A stretch of DNA of 64,000 nt from Octopus sinensis (GCF_006345805.1 NC_042999.1:164734001-164798000); one strand, 5' to 3'. Positions 28,259 to 40,530 are shown, counted from the first letter of the stretch. Notes: generated from the letters alone by a model not told the origin. Program-made: numbers and translations.

Positions 28259-28919
28259 TAATATCAGGTTTCAATTTTTATTTCAACAACGTGTCTTTAC
28301 TAGTATCTTGTATTTATAATTTTTTTTACATTACATCTTAATTTAATTCACGTTCACTTGTTTTCATTAAATTTTAACCAATATTATACTTAGCCACTTA
28401 TTATTTTTCCTTTTTATTCAAACCAAGTATATATTGTATTTCAGTTTGTCTTTTGAATTCATACTCAATATTTTTATTCCTGCTTCATTTATTTATGTTT
28501 TTCTCCCAATATATCTTCAAGAATTGTTTAAGGTAACTTACACAAGTATTTCTAAATATAGTAAGACTAATTTTTATGTCTTGACAAACCATAGACTTAT
28601 TATGTTTGATTCTATAATTTAGTTGTAAGACAAATATTAGTTTTTGACAAGAAATAACTATAAGATTATTTTGTTTGACTATTCAATCTTTAACTTCCTT
28701 AATTTCTGTTTGTTTCTCGGATGTTCCATTCACAACAGTCGATCAAATAACTTTATCATCATGATCATTTTAACATCCACTTTTCCATGCTATTGAGGTA
28801 GACTGTCTATGGCCAGATGCCCTTCCTGTCACCCATGAATGGATGAATGAATAGACAGACAGATAGATAGTTAGGTAGATATCTACATATACATAGTGTG
28901 ATAGTTGTGGCTGCAGTGG

Positions 28920-29070
28920 TGATCATCATCATCATCATCATCATTTAGCGTCCGCTTTCCATGCTAGCATGGGTTGGACGGTTCAACTGGGGTCTGGGAA
29001 GCCAGAAGGCTGCCCCAGGCCCAGTCTGATCTGGCAATGTTTCTACGGCTGGATGCCCTTCCTAACGCCA
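28920..29070 (-). mobile_element. RTE-tail/SINE fragment
   Basis: (CAT)n TTAGCGTCCGCTTTCCATGCTAGCATGGGTTGGACGG; identical module at 38812. Confidence 0.7.
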
Positions 29071-31694
29071 AGTGCCCTTCCTAACACCAACGGATAGTAG
29101 TCAATAAGTGAAACTTCAAGTCCCAGTCAACTTGACTTCTTCAATAAATTTGATTCCTTTCTCAGTAAATGTTCCTTATGTATTGTTAGGCAGTTCTGAA
29201 ATAACAACCTTGTTTAAACACATACACACACACACACATATGCACACACTACAATTTCTTAATTTTTTGTTCTATGGATTGAATAGTTGTAGAGGTGAGG
29301 ACATTTTTGAAACAAGGGTTAATTGCAATTGCACAAAAAGCTGGTTGAGTTCATACATGCTGAGAAAAATAATGAATCTAATTTTACAAATTCATTAGGT
29401 ATAGAACTTATAAATTACTGATTTGGGTTAAGATTTAAACTATTCTTTTCATGTGTGCTTTTAGAAACTTTCACAGCAAATGGTTTTACAGTCAAGAGAG
29501 TGAAATTTTGCCAGTGGGCAAATGATTTCTCGCTTCTGAGTTAAGGGAACCCCATTTGATCATAGGTTTCCCAAATCAAGTCTGACAGGAGGCTAAACAA
29601 CAAATATAATTAAAAGAAGTCATTGGCAGTGTTGTTAATTAATAGACATTAAAACTAGGAATGTTGTGAAAGTGCATCTAAAGATCCAGTCTCTAGCAAT
29701 GCATCAATTCTAACAACAATGCTTTCTATGGAAACAATGCAAGCTAATTGCACTCCCAAAATGATAAAAACCATGATTTAAACATCTAAGAGGGAGTCAG
29801 TGATGGTAATACATGTCTCTTGAACATAAGCTAAATTAAGAACTGCTGGAAACTTAGCAGGCATCTTCCAAGAAATTAAATAAATATTTCTTAACAAAAT
29901 GTATAAAACATCACAATTAAATGAAGTAGAGCAGTGTGATGTCCATGCATTCGTCAAGCATAATTTTGAGATGAGGAAATATATACACATCTTTCTATAT
30001 ACATCATCATCATTATCATTTTATAACTACTTATAGACACCGGTATGGCTGTGTGGTTCAGAAGTTCATTTTACAACCATGTGGTTTTGGGTTCAGTCCT
30101 ACTGCACAGCACTTTGAGTAAGTGTCTCTAACTAAAGTTTTTGGCAGACTAAAGCTTATAAGTGGATCTAGAAGAAGGGAAACTGAAAGATGTTTAGTAT
30201 AAAAGAGAATATGGAAAGAGGATTGGGAAGAGTGAGTAAGTTTATAAGTGTGAGAGCAAAGTGGCAGATGCTTGGAGATGGGGGCAGAGGTGAATAATGG
30301 ACAAGAGTAGCTGTGTGATTGAAGTTAAATATCAATTGAGTGGTGGGGAGGAGTGATCCAAGGAGTGATCCAAGAAGGAAGAGGTGCCGTGTGGTAGTAC
30401 AGAAAGGGTAGAGAGCAGCAGCAGTAGAATAAACTGATAAATTACATCATTTCCCTATTTGTAATCTACCTACAGGTTTATTATACTACTGCATGCACCC
30501 TCGTTATTATACCACTACTCTGCATGTGTGTGCATGTTTGGATCTCTTTGTCTTGACATCATGCAATAGTTGTAAATGAGTGTCACTATCTTACAAGTCA
30601 TTCATTTCCAATCTTCCATTAAAAGATATCCAGCCAGGGGAAAATTTTACCTGGTTTCAAAACAGGTGTGGTTTGGCCAAGAAAAAAAATCTGTCTCCAT
30701 GAATTTAGCATGAGTCACAGAAGCATGAAAATGTGGACATTAAAATAACAATGATGATTTCCATGATGGCGGCTTTGATTGGATTTGTCATCAGTTCTTA
30801 TTTGCAGTTACCGCTCTCTTAGTTTCAGTACCAAATCTTGCCTTCACATTCCATTTATCTTTGGTATGGTTTCTCTGGCTGGAAGACTTTCCAAAGACTA
30901 GTCCTTTTACAGAATGTATTAAATACATTTTATCATAGCACCAGTAATAAAAAGGTTTTCTTGTTTTTGGCAATACTAAAGAGTCTTTTCTGCCCAATGT
31001 TGTTTCTGCTTACCAACCCTTTGAGAGAGGGCATTTGACACATTTTATTGTGGTACCAGTACCAGAGAAGTTACCTCATACCAAGCAAGGCTAGAGAGCT
31101 CTAAATATTTCCAGCCATTCAAAGCAATGTGATTGAGAGAGTGGATGAAAAGGTGGAAGATGAACCACTATAATAGGAGAAAGAGAGTGTCAGGGGATGA
31201 GAGTAACGGAGGGAGATAGTACTGGAAGAAGAGATAGGCAGTTACATTTTGGTCATTGGTAAGGAAGTTGAAAAGAAAAACAGCAAGAGTGGCAGAAGAG
31301 AGAAATGTGAGAGAATGATCCAAAGCAATAAAGGTTAATAAGAGTGAAAGAAGATGAGAGAATGAGGGAGAGAGAGAGAGAGAGAATGAGGGAGAGAGAG
31401 AGAGAGAATGAGACAAATGGTGTCAATCCGTATCTGTCAATTTATTTAACTACTTCTCAGTCTAACCATTTGCTGTATACTTTTTAGTTGAACTCCCATA
31501 TATCTGCCCTTATGTTTACCTGTCCATCTGCTTGTTTATCCATTTAGCTATCTCTATCCAGCCATCGTATGTGTCTGTCAGACATTCATTTTATTGCTGG
31601 TTTAGTTCTGTCTGGTTTAGTGATAGTCCAAACTTTTTAATATATGCCTGCCTGTCTCCTACAGTAGCTAAATATTCATATAATTATTAATTTA

Positions 31695-32169
31695 CTGGAT
31701 ATTAATAGTTATCGCCATACTAATATGGCAGTCTATAAATATAAGACTAAAGCTGTCGCTGATTAGCTCCAAGATGCCATCACCTCTAGCTAGCTATATG
31801 ACACACGAACCTGCATCCATTACAACCTTCGAACAGGGGAGGTTAGCCGCTTCACCTTGCTAGTCAGACATCTGCAGACATGTTTCAGGGTTGTTGCCCT
31901 TTATCAATGCAGCGAAGTCAGAACCAGCAGGTGTCGCTACTGACCGTCTGTTCAAAGATTTTATTTACCTAGTTACAGTGGAATACATCCACTTGTTTTC
32001 AATAATAAAAATATTAAAATTTCAAACCCCTGTTCGAAGGTTGTAATGGATGCAGATTCGTGTGTCATATAGCTAGCTAGAGGCGGTGGCCTCTTGGAGC
32101 TAATCAGCGACAGCTTTAGTCTTATATTTAGACTGCCATATTAGTATGGCGATAACTATTAATATCCAG
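31695..32169. mobile_element. TA-flanked long-TIR element (arms about 145 bp) with a hammerhead motif in its interior
   Basis: 31692-31839 is the reverse complement of 32027-32172 with few mismatches; TA|CTGGATATT...AATATCCAG|TA. Confidence 0.85.
31872..31912 (-). ncRNA. Minimal type I hammerhead ribozyme motif, U3:A8 core variant
   Basis: CTGCA-TTGATAA-AGGG caacaa CCCT-GAAA-C AT G-TC|TGCAG: 5-bp stem I, 4-bp stem II, palindromic ACATGT stem III, GUC cleavage triplet. Structure deduced by hand; activity untested. Confidence 0.65.
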
Positions 32170-32951
32170 TAACGCTGCCGTAATCTCCTTTAGAGAGACT
32201 TAGTAATTTTAATATTTCTATTATTAATTTACTTTTAGGTAAGGAAGTAGAAGAAAATGAATAAGGGAAAGAAAACAATTAAATCGAGTTACAACCATAT
32301 ATTTATTTGTAGTATATGTAGAAAGGTACACATGATGTTGTGAAACTGACAATGAAACAGTATGATGTGTGTGTGTGTGTGTGTGTGCATATGTTGAGAG
32401 GCAATAGGGCTATGGTAACATCATAGTGAGCTGGGTCAGGGAAAGGATGTTTCACTCCATCGCTAAACCCTGAACATCCTTTCAAGACCTTTGCCGGTGA
32501 TTATGGAGAAAACTAGACATCTGCAGTGACCATCTTTCACACACTAGGAAAACAGGAATATTTCCATGGTGAAGGGACAGTTTGTCCACCATGGAATATA
32601 ACTTATATAATTTCACACACACACACACAAATATATATGCATATGTATACATAAATGATTTATGTGTATAATATATATGTAACAACACATGTGCATTTCT
32701 CAGACTATTCTTTTCCTTCTCTCTGGACATTTTCCTGTGTCCTCTTTCCAACAAGGAGCCATACTTGAAATGTCCCACCGCTCCGCTTTTTCCCTTTCTC
32801 TGAACATCAATCAAATATATATACACTGTGTATGTTCTTTTGACTTTTGCTGGTTTTCCTGTTTTTGTTTTTAATTTACCTATATACATGTGTAAGTGTG
32901 AGTGTGTGCGTGTGTTATTTATGTATGTATCTAACTACCTCTCCCCCCACC

Positions 32952-32993
<42 letters not shown>

Positions 32994-33543
32994 TACAAAA
33001 TGTAGTTCTGATATTTCAATATGCAGTCAGCGTCAGTGCAAAATACTTGATTCGACCTAACCTTAGGTCACTTCACAGTTGGTGATGGGTGAGGGTGGAA
33101 TAGATTATCAGATTATAAAGGGAATGTTGCCTGAGAAAGACCTGGAATAAAGTTGAGGCTGGATAGAAGAATTATCTCACATCTGCTTAACATCCCACAA
33201 CTAAAACCAAAACCAAACAACTGCCTGCTCCCCAAGATTCCAAGATTCAAACACATCTGTAGGAGAAGGGTTGCACTCTCTCTCACTCTCTGTGTTAAGT
33301 GGATTTTCAGTAAGGCATGAATGCCACTAATTACCAACAATCATCATTTGCTTTGATCAGAACGAAACATTGTTTCTCAGTAGGTGGAACTCACCTGCTG
33401 TTTCTTACAGAAGATGTGAAACTCAATATGTTTGTACCACAAGCCAAACACGCTTATAAGGGATTATAATTAGAGTAGTTAGTCGGTGGGTAACTAGTTG
33501 GGGTGGGTGGGTGAAAGAGACAAAGAATGAAATCCGAACTCAC

Positions 33544-33575
33544 CTTTGCACTGAAATCCTTGCTTGCCAAATCCC
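33544..33575 (-). CDS. PRKCA: Internal coding exon of a conventional (Ca2+/DAG) protein kinase C, C1A domain (W|GFGKQGFQCK|V), equivalent to vertebrate PRKCA/PRKCB exon 2
   Basis: Minus strand reads tatatttgcAG|G GGA TTT GGC AAG CAA GGA TTT CAG TGC AAA G|GTGAGT. Canonical acceptor and donor, 32 nt, phase 2 to phase 1. The peptide matches the cPKC motif GFGKQGFQCQV; from memory the vertebrate exon has the same length and phases. Symbol denotes the cPKC group, not proven 1:1 orthology. Confidence 0.85.
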
Positions 33576-33771
33576 CTGCAAATATATATATGGATATAGA
33601 TATATAAATATTTATTTATACATGTACAATGATATATAAACACACTTTCATCTCTTTATATTTTGAGTGAAAAATTATAAGAAACATATATAAATATACA
33701 TAAAGTATCATATATATAAATGTATATGAAATAGTAAATATATATATATATATAGAAATATACATTAAATA

Positions 33772-33807
<36 letters not shown>

Positions 33808-33820
33808 GCATATATATATA

Positions 33821-33999
33821 ATAAATGAAAAAATGTATTGTAAACAAACAATGACAGGTAAAAAACATATTACCATTTGGTTGATAACTTATGAGGAATT
33901 AGAGACCTTCTGTATCTGTCTCCTGTCCAGTTGTACACTCAGTATAGGTATACATTTTTTACCTGTCATTATTTATTTACAATACATTTTTTCATTTAT
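33821..33999. repeat. Hairpin MITE (copy at 34885-35063)
   Basis: ATAAATGAAAAAATGTATTGTAAA...ATGACAGGTAAAAAA pairs with TTTTTTACCTGTCATT...TTTACAATACATTTTTTCATTTAT. Confidence 0.75.
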
Positions 34000-34062
34000 T
34001 AAGTAACGGAACACAGGACACCCTGACTTTTATTAACAGTAAGTTTTTATATATATATATGT

Positions 34063-34400
34063 TGAGACCGCCTTTGGTCATGACTGACCGTGGGATTGCA
34101 CCTAGAAAGTTACTCTCCTAGGCACAAGTCCAGGCAAGGTTGCTTATGGAAGACCAGCAGTCGCCCATGCATACCGACCTCCTCTCTCCACGCCACCAGT
34201 GTTATCCAAGGGAAAGGCAAAGGGGCCGATACAGCTTGGCACCTGTGACGTCGCAACTCATTTCTACAACTGAGTGAACTGGAGCAATGTGAAATAAAGT
34301 GTCTTGCTCAAGAACGCAACACACAGCCCGGTCCGGGATTCGAACTCACAACATCACAATCGTAAGCTCGATGCTCTGACCACTGAGCCATGCACCTTCA
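34063..34400 (-). mobile_element. tRNA-derived SINE (copy at 35125-35465)
   Basis: Minus head TGGCTCAGTGGTCAGAGCATCG...GAGTTCGAATCCCGG; GTTCTTGAGCAAGACACTT. Confidence 0.8.
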
Positions 34401-34447
34401 CATTTATATATATTTATATATTGATAGATAGATAGATAGATAGATAT

Positions 34448-34836
34448 TCTCTTTTACTTGTTTCAGTTATTTGACTGTGGTCATGCTGGAACACCACTTT
34501 TAGTTGAACAAATCAACCCCCATGACTTATTCTTTATAAGCCTAGTACTTATTCTATCGATCTCTTTTGCCGAAATGCTAAGTTACGGGGACGTAAACAC
34601 ATCAGCTTCAGTTGTCAAGTGATGGTAGGGGGACAAACACAGACACACACACACACATATATATATACATATACGATGGGCTTCTTTCAGTTTCCGTCTA
34701 CCAAATCCACTCTCAAGGCTTTGGTTGGCCCGAGGCTATGGTAGAAGACACTTGCCCAAGGTGCCATGCAGTAGGACTGAACCCAGAACAATGTGGTTGG
34801 TAAGCAAGTTACGCACCACACAGCCACTCCTGCACC
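34448..34836 (-). mobile_element. Main-family SINE (copy at 35500-35897)
   Basis: Reverse complement of the family consensus. Confidence 0.8.
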
Positions 34837-35695
34837 CATATATGTATATATAAATAAATAAATAAATAAATGAATATATATATAATAAATGAAAAAATGT
34901 ATTGTAAACAAACAATGACAGGTAAAAAACATATTACCATTTGGTTGATAACTTATGAGGAATTAGAGACCTTCTGTATCTGTCTCCTGTCCAGTTGTAC
35001 ACTCAGTATAGGTATACATTTTTTACCTGTCATTATTTATTTACAATACATTTTTTCATTTATTAAGTAACGGAACACAGGACACCCTGACTTTTATTAA
35101 CAGTAAGTTTTTATATATATATATGTTGAGACCGCCTTTGGTCATGACTGACCGTGGGATTGCACCTAGAAAGTTACTCTCCTAGGCACAAGTCCAGGCA
35201 AGGTTGCTTATGGAAGACCAGCAGTCGCCCATGCATACCGACCTCCTCTCTCCATGCCACCAGTGTTATCCAAGGGAAAGGCAGAGGGGCCGATACAGCT
35301 TGGCACCTGTGACGTCGCAACTCATTTCTACAACTGAGTGAACTGGAGCAATGTGAAATAAAGTGTCTTGCTCAAGAACGCAACACACAGCCCGGTCCGG
35401 GATTCGAACTCACAACATCACAATCGTAAGCTCGATGCTCTGACCACTGAGCCATGCACCTTCACATTTATATATATTTATATATTGATAGATAGATATT
35501 CTCTTTTACTTGTTTCAGTTATTTGACTGTGGTCATGCTGGAACCACCACTTTTAGTTGAACAAATCAACCCCCATGACTTATTCTTTATAAGCCTAGTA
35601 CTTATTCTATCGATCTCTTTTGCCGAAATGCTAAGTTACGGGGACGTAAACACATCAGCTTCAGTTGTCAAGTGATGGTGGGGGGACAAACACAG

Positions 35696-35726
<31 letters not shown>

Positions 35727-36524
35727 CATATACGATGGGCTTCTTTCAGTTTCCGTCTACCAAATCCACTCTCAAGGCTTTGGTTGGCCCGAGGCTATGG
35801 TAGAAGACACTTGCCCAAGGTGCCATGCAGTAGGACTGAACCCAGAACAATGTGGTTGGTAAGCAAGTTACGCACCACACAGCCACTCCTGCACCCATAT
35901 ATGTATATATAAATAAATAAATAAATAAATGAATATATATATATATATATATACATGCACACATAAAAGAATAAATAGTATGTAGCTGTCTGTCTGTCCA
36001 ACTAGCTAACTGCCTGCTTGCCTATCTATCTATCTACCTTGCAATCTATACACACACAAATATATATATAATTGTATGCATATATATATAATTTTCTTCC
36101 TTTTATATGGATGCACACTTCACTCACACTCATTCGCATACACATGTATGGGTGTGCAAGTGTAACTCTGTGTGTGTGTGTGTGAGTCCATTCCCCAAAA
36201 GAAAACTATCAAAGAATTATGTAAAAAAAAAATTCTTTATTAAAATAACATACACTGACACATGTAAACGCTGCCATCGAAATGAAAGATTATTAGCTAA
36301 TTCCCTTGTACTGGCATTTACATGTGCATGCATCTATTCACACACATATACATATTTAAATAAAGATGTGTGTGTGTAATTATATATGTATGTATATGTA
36401 GTTATATTGGTATTAGTATGCATATTTAGAATTGTTTATAAAAATACATAAATCCGGAAGAGGAGCACATTCTAAGAGCAGTAAATATTATAGTAGGGTA
36501 GGCCCCATAAACCAGCCTACTCCA

Positions 36525-36575
<51 letters not shown>

Positions 36576-36704
36576 TAATGGTGTCATTGAGACCCAAATG
36601 TGTCAGGTAATGCTGAATAAGTGCTATAGACAGACCATAGTTAAGTTCCAGGTTCGGTAATTTTGCGAATAAGGGATTCAACGTTGGTTCTATGTCACCA
36701 TATG

Positions 36705-37216
36705 TATATAAGAATTCTTTGCTAATGACATAAAAAAACAAGGCTGTGTAGATATTAGAGCATTTATAGATAGAAGGTCTTACAGCTGCTTCCAGGATAT
36801 TTATTAATTATATCCCTTCATCGGAGACGGTGTGAGGGGAAAATTAAGGCATAGTTAGTTTAGATGTGATACAAAATAGAGAGTGGGGTGGAGGAAAGAA
36901 AATAGATGCAAGATATGTAGGGATATTGAAGTTGTAGATCCATTTTTTAGGCAGAATGGTATATAGCTAAGATTCCATTACCCTATGAGTAAAGTCCAAA
37001 AGTCCAACAGAGTTTAAAATGGGTCCTCTCAAATATAGAGTTTATACACAATGTAAGATTCCGACGCCTTAGGAGTGAGATCCAGCAGTTTTTAACCATC
37101 CTCTCACACCGTCTCAATTAACAAATATCCTGGAAACAGCTGTAAGACCTTCTATCTATAAATGTTCTAATATCTATACGCCTTGGTTTTTTTTATCTCA
37201 TTACGCAAAAAATTCT

Positions 37217-37225
<9 letters not shown>
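36705..37225. mobile_element. Foldback element whose arms carry a decayed hammerhead motif (Penelope-like inverted terminal repeat)
   Basis: 36705-36838 pairs with about 37098-37225. The left arm on minus reads GTCT-CCGATGAA-GGGATAT..ATATCCT-GGAAG-CAGCTG-TA-AGAC; the right arm keeps GGAAACAGCTGTAAGAC but lacks the CUGA half. Confidence 0.65.
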
Positions 37226-37260
<35 letters not shown>

Positions 37261-37489
37261 TTCAAAATGTGACTGCGTGTGTACCGTTGGGTATTTTTTT
37301 CCTCTGTCTTCCCTTCTCTGGATCTTTCCTTCTCCTATGTTTCCGACGAAGAGCTCCGCTCGAAACGTTAAATCCTCCTTCTTTCCTGAGCATCCAATAA
37401 CACTACATTTGTTCCACGTCCTCGCGTTGTTGTGTTTTCTCTTTGTGCTTCCTTGTTTGGATTCACTTTACACACACCCACCCACCCAC

Positions 37490-38130
37490 CCAGCCGTCTT
37501 AGGCTCCTTCCCTCCTCCACACTTGGCCGATGCATTGCATAGCAAGAAGTCTGCAGTCACCTCAGTTTTCAGCATAGTCACTGCATCTTCCCAAATGATG
37601 CCAAGTTGCTTCAGATCATCTTTGAAAGAGGTCAGCTATGTCTCATAGAGTCCCCCTCTTTCTGGGAGTACCCATGGTACAGCTGTCTTAGGCACCCTTT
37701 CTTCTAGCAGCTAGAAAACAAGACCTGCAAGGCTCACTCTTCTTTCGGTCTCTATTCCTGCACCTTGCACAGATGGACTCTTCTCAGGAGTTCCATGTTT
37801 GTTATTCGCTCCATCTACACCATTGATGGAATGCATTCAATCTCTGAGTTTTCCAATTTTTTCACACACAGATGCTGTTGGCAGGACAATACTCTGATAC
37901 AGCAGAATCTTCAAATGATTGCTAATTGAAGTGCTAGCCCAGATCTTGCTGACCCTATTGCTCAGCATATCCATGTTATATTTGAGCTTATTACTCAGTA
38001 CATCACTGTTCTGTCCTACTCTGTCTTAACCAATTCTTTCATACTCTATTCTCTCAGCAACATTTTTCTCAACAATGTTCCCACTGAGTCGAAGCGAATA
38101 TTAGTTTTGCAAGGTGCATAACAACCTCAT
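37490..38130 (-). mobile_element. Decayed RTE LINE 3' region
   Basis: Minus frames give EERVPKTAVPW and TSFKDDLKQLGIIWEDAVTM, resembling the RTE C-terminus. Confidence 0.6.
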
Positions 38131-38419
38131 TAGTGCTTGTTACATAAAGAAAAGAAAAAAAGCACTTCCTGCCTTAATAGTTCCTGTCAAGCTGTCCAAC
38201 TCATGCCAGAATAGAAAACGGACGTGTGATGATGATGATGATGATGATACTCTGTAGTAGGCATTAAGAAATGCATCCAGACATAGACAACATGTCAAAG
38301 CAAACAATGAAAACTGATACATTCCTCAAACCTGCCAAACTTTCCAACCCATACCATCATGGAAGATGGACATTAACTGCTAATGATGATGAAATATGGT
38401 ATATAATATATATATATAT

Positions 38420-39155
38420 ACTCTTTTTACTCTTTTTCTTGTTTCAGTCATTTGACTGTGGCCATGCTGGAGCACCGCTTTTAGTCGAGCAAATTGACCC
38501 CAGGACTTATTCTTTGTAAGCCTATCGGTCTCTTTTGCTAAACCGCTAAGTTACGAGTACGTAAACACACCAGTATGGGGTTACAAACACAGACACACAA
38601 ACATATACACACACATACATATATATATAGATATATACGACAGGCTTCTTTCAGTTTCTGTCTACCAAATCCACTCACAAGGCTTTGGTCGGCTCGAGGC
38701 TCTAGTAGAAGACACTTGCCCAAGGTGCCACACAGTGGGACTGAACCCAGAACCATATGGTTCGTAAGCAAGCTACTTACCACACAGCCACTCCTACGCC
38801 TATATATCATCATCATCATCGTTTAACGTCCGCTTTCCATGCTAGCATGGGTTGGACGGTTCAACTGGGGTCTGGCAAGCCCGAAGGCTGCACCAGGCCA
38901 GTCAGATCTGGCAGTGTTTCTACAGCTGGATGCCCTTCCTAACGCCAACCACTCCGAGAGTGTAGTGGGTGATTTTATGTGCCACCGACACAGGTGCCAG
39001 ACGAGGCTGGCAGACGGCCATGCTCGGATGGTGTTTTTTATGTGCCACCGACACAGGTGCTAGACGAGGCTAGCAGACGGCCACGCTCGGATGGTGTTTT
39101 CGGTGTTTTCTTATGTGCCACGGACACAGGTGCCAGACAAGGCTGGCGAACGGCA
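38420..39155 (-). mobile_element. Adjacent main-family SINE (38420-38800) and RTE-tail element with internal direct repeats (38812-39155)
   Basis: Family similarity; TATGTGCCACCGACACAGGTGC.AGACGAGGCT repeated three times. Confidence 0.7.
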
Positions 39156-39669
39156 TAGATATGTGATTGCTTACTATGTACTATGTAATATAAGATAATG
39201 TCTAATCTCATATTTTTACTGTTGTGAAGATTTTGGGGCAGTGCACTACATCCTTGAGAAAGGCACTTCTTTTCGACCCACCCACCCCCAGTGTTTACAG
39301 CTGAAATGAGTACCATCAATAATTCAGGGTTAGCCTCATAGCAGACTGGAGTCTGGTCTAAGGAAGAGTCTGGTACACCCAGTTGATTATACATCTTGCA
39401 GACGAGGATAAGCTCCAGACCAGTGAACTTGTAGGCTTCAGACATACAGATAGGTATGCATAATAATACATGCACAGACTCACCCTTGCATATATATATA
39501 TATATGCATGTAGATATAGAGATTAGCAGGTGTGGTTGTGTAGCAAGAAGCTTGCTTTCCAACCAAATGATTCTAGGTTCAATCCCAACCAAAGTGTTGT
39601 GAGTGAATTTGGTAGATGGAAACTGAAACAGGCCTATTGTGTCAGCATGTGTGTGTATATATATATATA

Positions 39670-39877
39670 TATGCAGCATGAAATTTTGTCAGTGAACAGG
39701 TCACGGTCTCAAAGTGATGAAAATATTTAGACAAATTAAATTTAAATGTTGAAAGTGACTCTGACGGTTTTTGTGTGTTTTTAAATGGCTTAGAAACACC
39801 TCCCACACTGCAACTGTTTTTGTTACAGCACACGATCTCAGATCAGGCCACTTGCTATGCAAGTACATCTCTGTAAC

Positions 39878-39878
<1 letters not shown>
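39670..39878 (-). repeat. Dispersed repeat, same family as 3049-3372
   Basis: Direct sequence similarity (GTTACAGAGATGTACTTGCATAGCAAGTG...). Confidence 0.75.
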
Positions 39879-39910
<32 letters not shown>

Positions 39911-39939
39911 TACATACATATGTGTGTGTGTCTTTGAGT

Positions 39940-40530
39940 CAGTGTTTGTCTTCCATTATCACATGGCAACTGGTATTAGTGTGTTTACACCACCCCATAA
40001 CCTAGCAGTTCAGTAAAAGAGACTGATAGAATAAGTACTAGGCTTTAAAAAAAAGTCCTGTGGTTGATTTGTCCAACTAAAAGATTCTTCAAGGGGTGGT
40101 GCTCCAGCATGGCCGCAGTCAAGTGACTGAAACAAATTAAAGACAAAAGATATAGATAGCTCTTATATATATATATATATATATATACTCTCTTTTACTT
40201 GTTTCAGTCATTTGACTGCAGCCATGCTGGAGCACCGCCTTTTAGTCGAGCAACTCGACCCCGGGACTTAACGGGGACGTAAACACACCAGCATCGGTTG
40301 TCAAGCAATGCTAGGGAGACAAACACAGATACACAAACACACACATATATATATATATATATACATATATACGACAGGCTTCTTTCAGTTTCCGTCTACC
40401 AAATCCACTCACAAAGAATTGGTCGGCCCGGTGCTATAGCAGAAGACACTTGCCCAAGGTGCCACGCAGTGGGACTGAACCCGGAACCATGTTGTTGGTT
40501 AGCAAGCTACTTACCACACAGCACCCACAC
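39940..40530. mobile_element. Tail-to-tail main-family SINE pieces (+ 3' half 39940-40150; - copy 40190-40530)
   Basis: Both carry CCAGCATGGC.GCAGTCAA.TGACTGAAACAA in opposite orientation. Confidence 0.7.

Larger units (their letters stand above)
33821..35945. repeat. Near-identical tandem duplication, unit about 1064 bp (33821-34884 and 34885-35945)
   Basis: Both units contain the same 179-bp hairpin MITE and two SINEs; they differ by a handful of substitutions and microsatellite lengths. Confidence 0.9.
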
